From NCBI RefSeq assembly GCF_009914755.1, contig NC_060940.1: a DNA stretch of 64,000 bases; one strand, 5' to 3'. This DNA is from the human T2T-CHM13v2.0 reference genome, Homo sapiens. The position numbers were made by a program, and so were the translations under genes. Below are positions 30,714 through 43,686 of this stretch, in pieces (position 1 is the stretch's first letter; each line of letters begins with the position of its first letter). The notes beneath the pieces were generated by a model. The model made no database searches, had not been told where the DNA came from, and saw nothing but the letters and a program-made list of their open reading frames with translations.

Positions 30714-32334
30714 TGCAAGGCCCGCATGTGGGTAAGGAGAGCTGCAAGGCCGCATGTGGGTAAGGAGAGCTGCAAGGCCCCATGTGGGTAAGGAGAGCTG
30801 CAAGGCCCGCATGTGCGTAAGGACAGCTGCAAGACCCCCATGTGGGTAAGGAGAGCGGCAAGGCCCCATGTGGGTAAGGAGAGCAGCAAGGCCCGCATGT
30901 GGGTAAGGAGAGCTGCAAGGCCGCATGTGGGTAAGGAGAGCTGCAAGGCCGCATGTGGGTAAGGAGAGCTGCAAGGCCGCATGTGGGTAAGGAGAGCTGC
31001 AAGGCCGCATGTGGGTAAGGAGAGCTGCAAGGCCGGCATGTGGGTAAGGAGAGCTGCAAGGCCGCATGTGGGTAAGGAGAGCTGCAAGGCCCGCATGTGG
31101 GTAAGGAGAGCGGCAAGGCCCGCATGTGGGTAAGGAGAGCTGCAAGGCCGCATGTGGGTAAGGAGAGCTACAAGGCCGCATGTGGGTAAGGAGAGCTACA
31201 AGGCCGCATGTAGGTAAGGAGAGCTGCAAGGCCGCATGTGGGTAAGGAGAGCTACAAGGCCCGCATGTGCTTAAGGAGAGCTGCAAGGCCGCATGTGGGT
31301 AAGGAGAGCTACAAGGCCGCATGTAGGTAAGGAGAGCTGCAAGGCCGCATGTGGGTAAGGAGAGCTGCAAGGCCCACATGTGGGTAAGGAGAGCTGCAAG
31401 GCCGCATGTGGGTAAGGAGAGCTGCAAGGCCGCATGTGGGTAAGGAGAGCTGCAAGGCCCGCATGTGGGTAAGGAGAGCTGCAAGGCCGCATGTGGGTAA
31501 GGAGAGCTGCAAGGCCCGCATGTGGGTAAGGAGAGCGGCAAGGCCCGCATGTGGGTAAGGAGAGCTACAAGGCCCGCATGTGCGTAAGGAGAGCTGCAAG
31601 GCCGCATGTGGGTAAGGAGAGCTGCAAGGCCGCATGTGGGTAAGGAGAGCTGCAAGGCCCGCATGTGGGTAAGGAGAGCTGCAAGGCCGCATGTGAGTAA
31701 GGAGAGCTGCAAGGCCGCATGTGGGTAAGGAGAGCTGCAAGGCCCACATGTGGGTAAGGAGAGTGGCAAGGCCCGCATGTGGGTAAGGAGAGCTACAAGG
31801 CCCGCATGTGCGTAAGGAGAGCTGCAAGGCCGCATGTGGGTAAGGAGAGCTGCAAGGCCCCATGTGGGTAAGGAGAGCTGCAAGGCCGTATGTGGGTAAG
31901 GAGAGCTGCAAGGCCGCATGTGGGTAAGGAGAGCTGCAAGGCCCGCATGTGGGTAAGGAGAGCGGCAAGGCCCGCATGTGTGTAAGGAGAGCTGCAAGGC
32001 CGCATGTGGGTAAGGAGAGCTGCAAGGCCGCATGTGGGTAAGGAGAGCTGCAAGGCCCGCATGTGCGTAAGGAGAGCGGCAAGGCCCGCATGTGCGTAAG
32101 GAGAGCTGCAAGGCCGCATGTGGGTAAGGAGAGCGGCAAGGCCCCCATGTGCGTAAGGAGAGCTGCAAGGCCGCATGTGGGTAAGGAGAGCTGCAAGGCC
32201 CCATGTGGGTAAGGACAGCTGCAAGGCCGTATGTGGGTAAGGAGAGCTGCAAGGCCGCATGTGGGTAAGGAGAGCTGCAAGGCCGCATGTGGGTAAGGAG
32301 AGCTGCAAGGCCCCATGTGGGTAAGGAGAGCGGC
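30714..32334. repeat. VNTR/minisatellite, 28-29 bp unit gcatgtgggtaaggagagctgcaaggcc(c), ~57 copies
   Basis: Directly visible tandem array with point and 1-bp indel variants. Confidence 0.99.
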
Positions 32335-32719
32335 TCAGAGCCGCAGCCACCTGCTAGGGACAGCAGGGCTCCTGAGTGGCAGATGCTCGCGCCCCCGGGC
32401 TGCGTGTGACGCCCTACACCCTTGGGACAGCAACGAATGCCTCAGGGGACCTCAGCAACACATTCGGATTCTCGAAGCAATGTGGGCAGAGTGCAGTGAG
32501 AGCTGCAAGATGAGCACGTGACCTGCCGCGGACGAAAAGAACTGCAAGGGACAGTCGGCCCAGTGGCTCCTCCCCTGCGTGGGCCGAGATGTTTTCTGCC
32601 CGTGACCTCAGCAGCACCCTTGTCAGTCCCCGCACGGCCTCTGCCCTCCTTCCCAGTCACCCTCGCCTTTGCTGTGTGGGCTGGTGCTCGGCCAGTCAGC
32701 ATACAACACCCTGTTCAGG

Positions 32720-33805
32720 TGGGGATCGACGATGAACAGGCTGCCTGGGATCAGGCAATGCTTTTTCCAATATGACCCCTAATGCACAAGCAACCGAAGA
32801 AAAAAAAAAAAACAGAAAAAATGGACTTCAAGATGAAAACCTTTTCTATTTCAAAGGATGGCATCAAGAGAGTGAAAGGACAGCCCAAAGAACAAGAGAC
32901 AATATCTGCAAGTTCCATCGCTGATAAGGGACTCGCCTAAGAACTCCTACAATTCAATAAAAAGACAACCCAATTAAAATATGGACAAAGGCTCTGAACA
33001 GACATTTCTCCAAAGAAGACAAACGGGCAACAGACACATGGAAAGACACTCAATGTCGTGAGTCTTCAGGGAGGTGCAAGTGAAAGCTGCAGTGAGACAG
33101 TGCTGCACACCCACCAGGATGGCTAGCATTTGTAAGACGGGGAACTGCAGGTACTGACGAGGATGTGGAGAAAGGGGGGCTCTTGCACGCTGCTGGCAGG
33201 AATGCAAGATGGTGCAGCGGCTTTAGAAAAAAAGTCTGGCAACTCCTCAAAAACTTAAACACAAAGCGGTATTTCACACATAGGTACACTCCCAACAGAA
33301 AAAAAAAAAAAAAACGAAAAAAAAAACTACGTCGCACAAACCCCATACCCAAATACTCAGAGCAGTGCTGTTCACAACAGCCAAAAAGTGGGACCACCAC
33401 AAACGCCCACCAGCTGAGGAAGACAGAAACACAACTGGTCTAGCCACACCACAGGACACTGCTCAGCCACAAGCAGGAATGAGTCTTGATACCTGCTACA
33501 GCGCTGGTCAATGAACCCTGAAAAGACGACACTGAGTGAAAAGAGTTGGACGCCAAGGACCCACTCGTACTGTGCGATCCCATTGAAAGGACATGTCCAG
33601 AACAGGCCGATCCACAGAGCAGCCCGGCCGCCAGCAGCCTAGGGGCAGGTGATGAACGCGGGTGACTGCTGGTGGGAGTGGGGTTTTGCTCTAGGGTGAT
33701 GGAAATGTTCCGGAACCTGCACAGCCTTGTGAATACACCAAAAACCACTGCGCTCTACACTATAAAGTGGAGAATGTTATGTGAATTACGTCTCAGTGAA
33801 CACAA
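32720..33805 (+). mobile_element. Old L1 (L1MB-like) ORF2 end and 3' UTR
   Basis: ctgaacagacatttctccaaagaaga, gaggatgtggagaaa and 3' UTR motifs. Confidence 0.88.
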
Positions 33806-33914
33806 AATTAGCAGGTTGATTCAGAACCCATTCCAGACCGTCATCAAAGAGAAATGGGACAAGTGGAAAGAGTCCGTTACACAGTATCTTTAAGCTTCAG
33901 ACGGGTAATACATA

Positions 33915-33920
33915 TTTATT
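33915..33920 (-). terminator. MBTPS1 polyadenylation signal AATAAA (3' UTR ~34574-33895)
   Basis: tttatt on + strand, ~655 nt after the stop codon. Confidence 0.8.
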
Positions 33921-34574
33921 GAAAATTTTCTTCACCGACAATGGTGAAATCAAGACCTCAAATTACAAAACATGGTGGCAGGTGATACTTACAAAAATAA
34001 AGCGAAGGTCTATGTTTTACAGATTTGTGCATGTTTCCTTCAAATCTCAGTCTGTACTGTCATTAAAAAGATCATGGAATCTATGTTGTTCCTCATGATG
34101 GAATAGTAAAAAAACTGCATTCCACTGACAAAAAAAATAGCTTTGCTTCCAAATAGCACAAGTCTTTAAAGTGACTTTTCCCAACAATAAATATAGAAAA
34201 TAGCCTTTAACAAGCGTCTTTTAGCTTGGTCAGGGTTGTATCATTTGTTTGGAAAGTACATCCTTCCCCTGCAGTCAGAAGACCCCAGACAGCCTTTCCA
34301 GTTCTCCCGAGTCTTTGGTGCGCACAGCTGCCGGCGGGAAGTCTCACTGGCGGCAGAGCCACTAAGTCCCTCCTGACGGGATCCACAGGAATCTTCTCGA
34401 TGTACCAGGAGCCTCTGCCCATCACAGGAGGGCAGGCCCATGTAGAACAGACTCTAACAAACCTGCAGCTGGAAACTGGATCCCTTTTAAACCAGCCGCC
34501 ACCACAGCTCGGCTCACCCACCAGCGCCGTCCGTGAAGGCTCTCTCTGGCCCTCACGGTCAGCCAGGCTGCCGG

Positions 34575-34814
<240 letters not shown>

Positions 34815-35953
34815 CTACCATGACGGCCTTTTTCTATGACGGCTGGATTCATCAGAAACTAAATGCGAGCTAATTTCACTAGCTGGGCTTGCAGGGCATA
34901 CATCATTTTTAAGCCTTAGCTAAAGTAACCCAGGCTATTAATAAAGAGTGGATGAGAGCAAAGAGCAGCCACTTCCTGTGGGGTGGAGGCTCGGTGGATC
35001 TCTGCTGCCCTTCCTCCCTGGGATCCCCGCAGACGGATGATCAGGCCCAGCTATGCTTCTGTCACAACCTACCGAAGGGAGGCCCAGAGGCGCTCTGTGT
35101 TTCTCTAAACACAAGGGAAGATGGGCACGTCTCTATCCAGGGGAGAAGGAGGGGCCTGTGGTTCCAGCTGAGTGGGAGGAGGAGAAAGGGGGCGTGGCGG
35201 AAGAAGCACCGCTGGCAGTGCCCCGCCTCTGGGAAAGCCCTTCATGGAGGGGACGTGTGGCTGAAAGCCAGGAGAGGCCATCAGAGGACCCTGGTTCAGA
35301 ATGTCAATACGACTGGGCAAGGCCAAGGGCTCTGGAATTTACCTTCAGCGCACCCCGTGACCTATGCGCAAGGCCCTCAGGACCCTGGCACCACCACGTG
35401 GTGTCCAGGGCTGGACTGCACAGACAGGGGTGCCCCTTCCTGATCCCATTTCTGGACAATTCCTGGAACCCAGAGAAACTCCTCTTGGTAGCTATAAACT
35501 CTTTGGAAGAGTACAGGGGACTCTAGAGCAAAAGAACTGCCCAGGCTCGGCTGGAAAGGCCTGGTACCAATTGCCTTGGGTAGTGGAGAAGAACCTGCCC
35601 TAGGCAGTCTATGTAGCCAGTCAGGATCCCTGGAGAGACAGACAGGATGAGACCACCTAAGGGACACACCCCAGCTCAGTCAAGTCCCTCCCAGGGGGGC
35701 AGGGCAGAGAACTGAAGGGGCCTTCTGGGCTGAGGGCTGGGAGCCAGGGCGGCTGCTGCCATTGGCTGGGACCCAAACCAGCAGACAGGCATCCTGTAAG
35801 GGACGTTAATAGGTGGCTGGCAGAACTTTCATAAAGAGCGTGCAAGTTACTTTGAACATGTTTAAGTAGATCACCCAGCCGTTGTAAAATAAATTCAAAT
35901 GTGAAAATCTAGGTAGCATTTTCTAAGGGAAACAACAATCTCTTAATCTGTCA

Positions 35954-36059
35954 GGCCTGCCCTTGCTCATGCTGGTTTGTGCCACAAAAGAAGCCAAGAG
36001 CCAAGGCCACCACAGCTCCCAGGAAGGCAGAGACAGGGAGAGTCTGGCCCGCCTCCTGG
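35954..36059 (-). pseudogene. Decayed intronic duplicate of the TM-coding part of MBTPS1 exon 23
   Basis: Hand alignment to 34651-34749: ~80 of 99 identical plus a 7-nt insertion; reads QEAGQTLPVSAFLGAVVALA versus [20 protein letters not shown]. Confidence 0.9.
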
Positions 36060-36110
36060 GGAGGGAGGGAGACTCCTTTGAACAAAATACAGGATGACTG
36101 AGCACAATCA

Positions 36111-36263
<153 letters not shown>

Positions 36264-37779
36264 TCAGGAAAATGGATTAAAACAAAACAAAAATAAGCCA
36301 TTGTACTAGTCTAGGTACTAGTCTAGGAAGTTCAACTGAAACTCAAGACAGAGCAAGTGATCTACGGGGAGATGTGAAATGCCATTTGCGTCCACGGCCA
36401 CCTAAATGCCACTGACAGCAACTATGGTGGCCGTTTCCACGTCCCGAGGGAGAAAGATCAAAATCAAGTCCCTGTTCATGAGATTCTACTGAGTTTACAA
36501 TATGACCAGCAGGAGCCTGTTTTTGCATAAAGCTAAACATGACCAAGCGCCTCGGGAGGACACTCCAAGCGAGGCCCTGGAAGGAGCCTGTCAGGGGGAG
36601 GAGCTGAAGCCTGCTGAGTGGACCTGAGCCTGGGGCTATCGAGGTCCTCTCCCTAAGGCCTGGAGCAGTCGGAGGCAATGGTGATTCCAGAACCACTGCA
36701 TATAAGGAAGTGGGCAAACTGGTGCCGGGAACCAGACAGCATCTTTGTCTCTGAAGAAACCACTGTCTCCAGGGAGAATACGAAACATACAAGGAACCAA
36801 CAGTGGGAGAGAGTCTGAGCAGCAAAACGTGGGGTCCCCATCTGCCTTGCCTGCAGGCGGGGGACGATCAAATGAACGTGTGCGATTCCTGCACTCTGTG
36901 GTGCACAGTATCATTATTAACTCTGGGATCTGAAAAACTCGTTCAGGCCAATACAACTTAGACCCGAAGAAGACAGAGAGGTTGATACGCTGGCAACAGC
37001 AGCACAGAGCTTGGGAGGACACCGGAGCTAGAGCGAAGAGCGCGATGGGAAAAACACTACTCTGGCTTAAGTGAGGGGGAAGAATACAGTAAGTTTGCAA
37101 ATTAAAATTTCTCTATTTTTCTGTTATTTATTCATTTGGAAACTGTCAGCCTGTCTCTTTCACTTTGGGCAAGTGAAAGCAAAGACGTCCAGTCCTATCA
37201 GCAATTAGGCTGAAAGTCAACGCCAAGCTGGCGGGCAAGGGCTGGTCTGAGTAGAGGTTCCCTAGGCAGGCAAGAGAGAGACTCCCACTCGATACTCCCA
37301 GCTCGGCAACTGCCTGAATGCCAATGAGCACTCATTATAACCCGCCCTATTTTATAGGATTTAATTTTACACTTCAGGCTTAATCAGTCTGAAAGTTAAA
37401 CTGACAGTGTTAAGTTACGGAATCAATGACATTTAGGCTTTATGACTTTGTAGCTGAATATCTATGGGCTATATTTCCATTCTAACAGTGATATCCTGTT
37501 CCAGAATCTCATTCTTTGGTGATGGCACTTTCTAGTGGAGCAGTCATGGTAACAGTCCACACCCATTACCATGTGGGTGCTTTACAGCATACTGACGGAA
37601 GGACTGAGGAGCCACCGGAGCAGGAGTTCCTCTCAGGGAGGACGCTGACACTTCCACAGCTGCCCTAGGTATGGGCACCTGATGCCAACGAAGAAGCCCA
37701 AAGCGCCTCTCCACTTCACAGATGGAAGCCTGCCCCCAGCACTGGGCTGACAGCATCTGGAGCTGTCTCCTGGTCTCAA

Positions 37780-38400
37780 ATCTCTTTTGGAGACTCAGAA
37801 TATGCGTCGATCTAGGTCTCTGGGGACCGAGAATAATTTTCAACAAGATATGAAAAGCAAGATAAATGTAAAACCCAGCAGCGTACTGAGAAGAAGGAAT
37901 TACTGAGTGATTGTGAAAATCAAATTCCAGGAGCTGTCCATTATCAACATGCTGGATGGGCCGGTTCAGTATGTGATGGATTATTTGATGTGAACAGGTA
38001 GATAGCCAAGGATAGAAAGGATATTGTTATCTGCTTCAAGTCCTGAACAACACTGTGGAGAATAATTGGGTTTCTGGAAATTCAGCTAACACTGTTCACT
38101 GAGTATGAATTGCTGACCATGGCTGGAATATAAATGCTGGTTTGAATGCTAGGCTAATAGAAGGTTATAAATAAATAAGATGCAAAAATGGAAACTTATC
38201 AGAAATGTTTAAATGATGAGATGTGAACTGGAATGGAAAAGTACCCAGTGATTAAGGTTCAGGAAGAAAGCTACTGATGAGACAATGTGATGATTCTACC
38301 ATTTTCCTGTGTTCTATTAAGCATATTCGAAATGAAGACATACGGTCAGTGCGTGGTGTGTTCAGCACTTTCGGTTTATGATGAGGAGTAAAGGCGGAAG
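37780..38400 (+). mobile_element. Highly decayed CR1/L3-like LINE fragment
   Basis: aacaagat...gataaatgtaaaacc and tgctaggctaatagaagg resemble CR1 ORF2 consensus by eye. Confidence 0.45.
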
Positions 38401-39384
38401 GCAGCCTCGCCACCTTCACACGGGCACTCTCCTCTTCGCCTTACAGGACGGAAGGTGGCCTCCGTCCCTGGCCCCATACCATCACTGGAGGAAAAGAAGG
38501 CAGGCAGGGGGCCTGTCAAGAGGGTAGCCTCCTGCCTGAGGGGCTGGGGAGAGGGGCCGGGTACCAGGCGGCCAGGGGGCCTCGGAGGGCAAGACTCCTG
38601 CTTGATGGGGTGGGAGGTGTGCCTGCCCGGCCACGGACACAGCTCTGACAGCTGTCCCTGGCTTCATCCCCTTTCTCAGGAGAAGCTCCCCCTTTCTTCT
38701 TATATTGTCCTGTTTGGGCCAGGGACGTCACAGAAAAAGTAAGGGGGTGGCATCTGGAGAAAAAGGGGACCAGCCATGCCGAGCTGGTCCTAGCCACAGA
38801 GGGAAACAGCAGGTCCACCTCAAACACTGGGTACGGAAAGGAAACGATGCAAATGAAGAAGCCGAGTTAGTGAGCTGGAGAAGGGATCCAGGCGGCACTG
38901 CAAACAGGAGTGTGGAGACAGCAGCAGAGGTCACAGCCTGCCATCGGAGGCGGGTGCTTTCACCCCCAGTCACAGTCAGCACAGGACGTAATGACACAGA
39001 AGCATGCTCTTCTTGGACAGGCTGCAACCGCGGCCCCCGGGGATGACAGAAGAAGGGAACTATCTGTATCTTATCATCAATGTCTGAAACAGGGAACACA
39101 CTGCAGCCGGCAGCTCTTAACTCCCCAACCACAGGACTTAGAGCTCCAGCTCCCATGAAATCACTCTGTTGGATCCCAGCTTTTTAAAAAAGAATTAACC
39201 AAATGTAACAAAATGCTAATTATCCAAAGCACTTTTTATGCAGGATACCACCAAAGAGCCTATTTCCAAAGGCCAATACGAGGTTCACTAAATAACTGTC
39301 GCAAATGACAAGCTTGAAGATCTGACAATTCGATAGTGATGTCAGTAAAATTCCATTCTCTCCTATAAGAAAAGCAATGACTCA

Positions 39385-39588
<204 letters not shown>

Positions 39589-39984
39589 TCATCTCTATTA
39601 CTAAAATGCAAAGGAAAAAGGAGGGCCTTATTATGAGTCTGTCTGCTTTCCCACAACACAGCACAGAGCCCCTGTGCTCTATTAAGCTATCCTCCATGAG
39701 CCGCAGGAGCCACGCCTGATTGGTTCCTCCCGGACAATGTGTGTTTCCATTGCTGAAGGTGGGTGAGAAAATCAGAACCGTTCCCTTGAAGATGGGCAGA
39801 TGTGTGCACAGCACTGGCTGGTCAAACTTTGCTGACCACCACTGACACACGCAAGGCTACACCTGCGAAATCTAAGCTACAGACCGGTTTCATGGAAAAA
39901 ATACTTCTCTTCTAAAATATTTAATTCTCTGGCCAAATAAAAAACCACTCTGCATTTTCAAAATTCTTTCTATTTCTTAGATCT

Positions 39985-40190
39985 GCACCATTGTGCCAAC
40001 CACACGTAGCTACTGAGCAAGTGAAATAAGGTATCACGTGTTTAAATTCTAATATTCTTCATGTCTTGGGCTCAAGTATATTATTAAAATAGTTTCATCT
40101 GTGTTTCTTTTTACTTTTTAAACGCAGCTCCTGGAAAATTTTAAATGATGCCTGTGGTTCCCATGAGCCTTCTACGGGCAGCGCTGTAAG
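39985..40190. mobile_element. MER3/MER33-like DNA transposon remnant
   Basis: ccacacgtagctactgagca...tattattaaaat...tttctttttactttttaa...gggcagcgctg. Confidence 0.65.
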
Positions 40191-40682
40191 GACCAGCACA
40201 CCAGGGACTTAGACGCACTGATACCCACCCCACTAAGTGCCAAGCAGCTGGCGGCCCCACGGCACCAGCACAGGCCCCAGAGGCGGGTTGAGGCTCCACC
40301 ACCACATACCGCCCAGGCGATCTCAGGCAGTTATCTAATTTCTCTCAGCTCTCATTTCCTCATCTGGAAACTGGGAATAATAACATCTATTTTCACAGGA
40401 TTACTGAGAGGGGACAGTGAGGTAATCCATGGGAGCATCCCAGCCTGCTGCATGGGACCTGGCAAGTGCTCTAGAATGTTGGTGATTCTTCCTGAAGATC
40501 TGTAGGAGCCACTGTCCTCACCTGTGAGAGCGGGACGGTAAACACACTCAGAGTGGCGTGAGGGTCGGGGTGCACGTGGGAAAGCAGCTGCACACTGGGT
40601 CCTCGATCATGGCCCTCTGGGGACTAAGGATGGCCTCTCGGCAGGTTAGAGCCGCTGAGTGCTGCTCTACCCGCAGCCATTA

Positions 40683-41244
<562 letters not shown>

Positions 41245-42201
41245 GGAATTTAGCTTTTAAGAAGAAATCTCTAAAGGAATTTTTTTTAAGTTAGTCCCCA
41301 AAAGTGGGGGAAATGGGAGTTCAGAAGTCACGAGTTTAGGTCAAAGTAAATCCAACATGTTCCAGATTCCCCTATTCTCATAAGACATGCATTCTCAGTG
41401 GCCCAGCCCAGCCAGATAAGCACACACAGCCATGACCTGACCAGGGCTCCACTCCCAGTGCCCCAGGGTTCCAGGTGGTCAGCACCACTGTCCACCAGGT
41501 TGCACCAACTGCCTGAGTGCCACACTCAGCTCCTCATGGATGGGGGCAGAATGGAGCTCATTCAGAGACAGTGAGACCATGTGACACCCACTGAGAAAAG
41601 AAGGGCCTGAGAGCGGGGTCTCAGGGGCAACAGGGAGAGGAGAACGGAGGGCCATGGCTCCTGCTGCATCCCAGAGGCTCTCCTGGGGAGAAGGAACTGT
41701 ACTGACACCCCAGGGGGTGGAGGCAAGGCTCAACACCCATGCAGCATCTGTTCACTTGAGCTGGGCTTCGAGTCGGCAGGGCCCTGACCACTGGAAGTGT
41801 GACAGCAGAGAAAGGGCAATTTGTTTTCAGGGACACCTCAGAGTCGAGGCACTGGGCTAGCAACAGCTCCCGTTCACAAAGGATCCTTTCTGAGAGGGAA
41901 GGCGCAACCTGGTATTGAAACCTGGAGCTTCTGTTTCCATCTTGTTTCTCCTGTGTCTGCCCCTTCAAGTTCCATTAACATCAACCTGGACTAGACAAGA
42001 TCCGTGTGAGAAAAATGCCATTAAGTACTTTCCTCTCATTAAAGGGCACTTCTGGTCAAGTGCTTAATGCCCCTGAAAGATGAAAAAAGCTGCCATTTTA
42101 AATGTAAGGCCTAGGACCACCCTCTCAGGCATTTACAATTTAATAAAGACTCTTACCAGGAGATCTCAGGTCTTAAAATCTCTGTGGAAATAAAACATTA
42201 A

Positions 42202-42544
<343 letters not shown>

Positions 42545-43284
42545 CATTTTTGATTTTTAAAAAGACCCATCCCAGTCTAGGGATTTACATAAATGCCAGG
42601 AATGTAGTCAACTTCAGCCTGAAACGGAGGGGCACACACACACCTCTCAGCGCACGCTGTTAGTGCCTCATTCTTGTCACTCACCACCCGCCCTGTGCCT
42701 CGAGTTCCCCAGTGGTCACAGCGCATTAGAAGGTTGCCTTTCAGTCCTGGTGTCATTATCATCTCACCAGGTAAAAACATGGAGCACTTTTACCATTCTT
42801 TCTCCCCTTTACAAAATGAGAAAAATAGTCTGTGCCCAACCTCAAGCCCCCAAATCCAACGGATGCATCGAGAGACTGACATAAAGACGCGGAGGGAAGA
42901 GGACTGGCATGCCTATTTGCCTCCCCTTCACGCCTCGAGATAACAAACGCTCTTCACTGATAAAGGCTAAGAAAAGCCCGAATTCCAGGTCTGGAAGGAC
43001 AGCCAAGAGCCAGCCCTCCAGTAAAAGAGTGAGTCAGACCAGAGAAGGGCGCCCCCTCGTGGCAGTGCCCACAAAGTCCAGGCAGCACGGCGTAGGAAGC
43101 CTGGGAGGGGCAGGCCCCAAGGAAGTCAGGGAAGGGACTCTCCACCACAACGCGGGAGTCCCGCCTCCGCTGGCCTCAGGAAGGTGAAGATGGAGAAGAG
43201 GCATCATGGCCCCAACAAGTAGCTTTGTTTTGCTTATTAAATGTGTGCACACTCAGACACCTATCAAAATATTCCAAGCAATCA

Positions 43285-43686
<402 letters not shown>

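Noticed and set aside
30288-32288. 666-aa ORF as an established gene
   Set aside because: Largely explained by a stop-free repeat unit; no recognisable domain or promoter. Kept only as a hypothesis in the findings.
30714-32334. CRISPR-like array (28-bp repeats)
   Set aside because: No unique spacers, contiguous units and a primate genomic context; it is a minisatellite.
36636-37100. 154-aa intronic ORF on the MBTPS1 strand
   Set aside because: TTG start, no recognisable domain and no convincing flanking splice sites.
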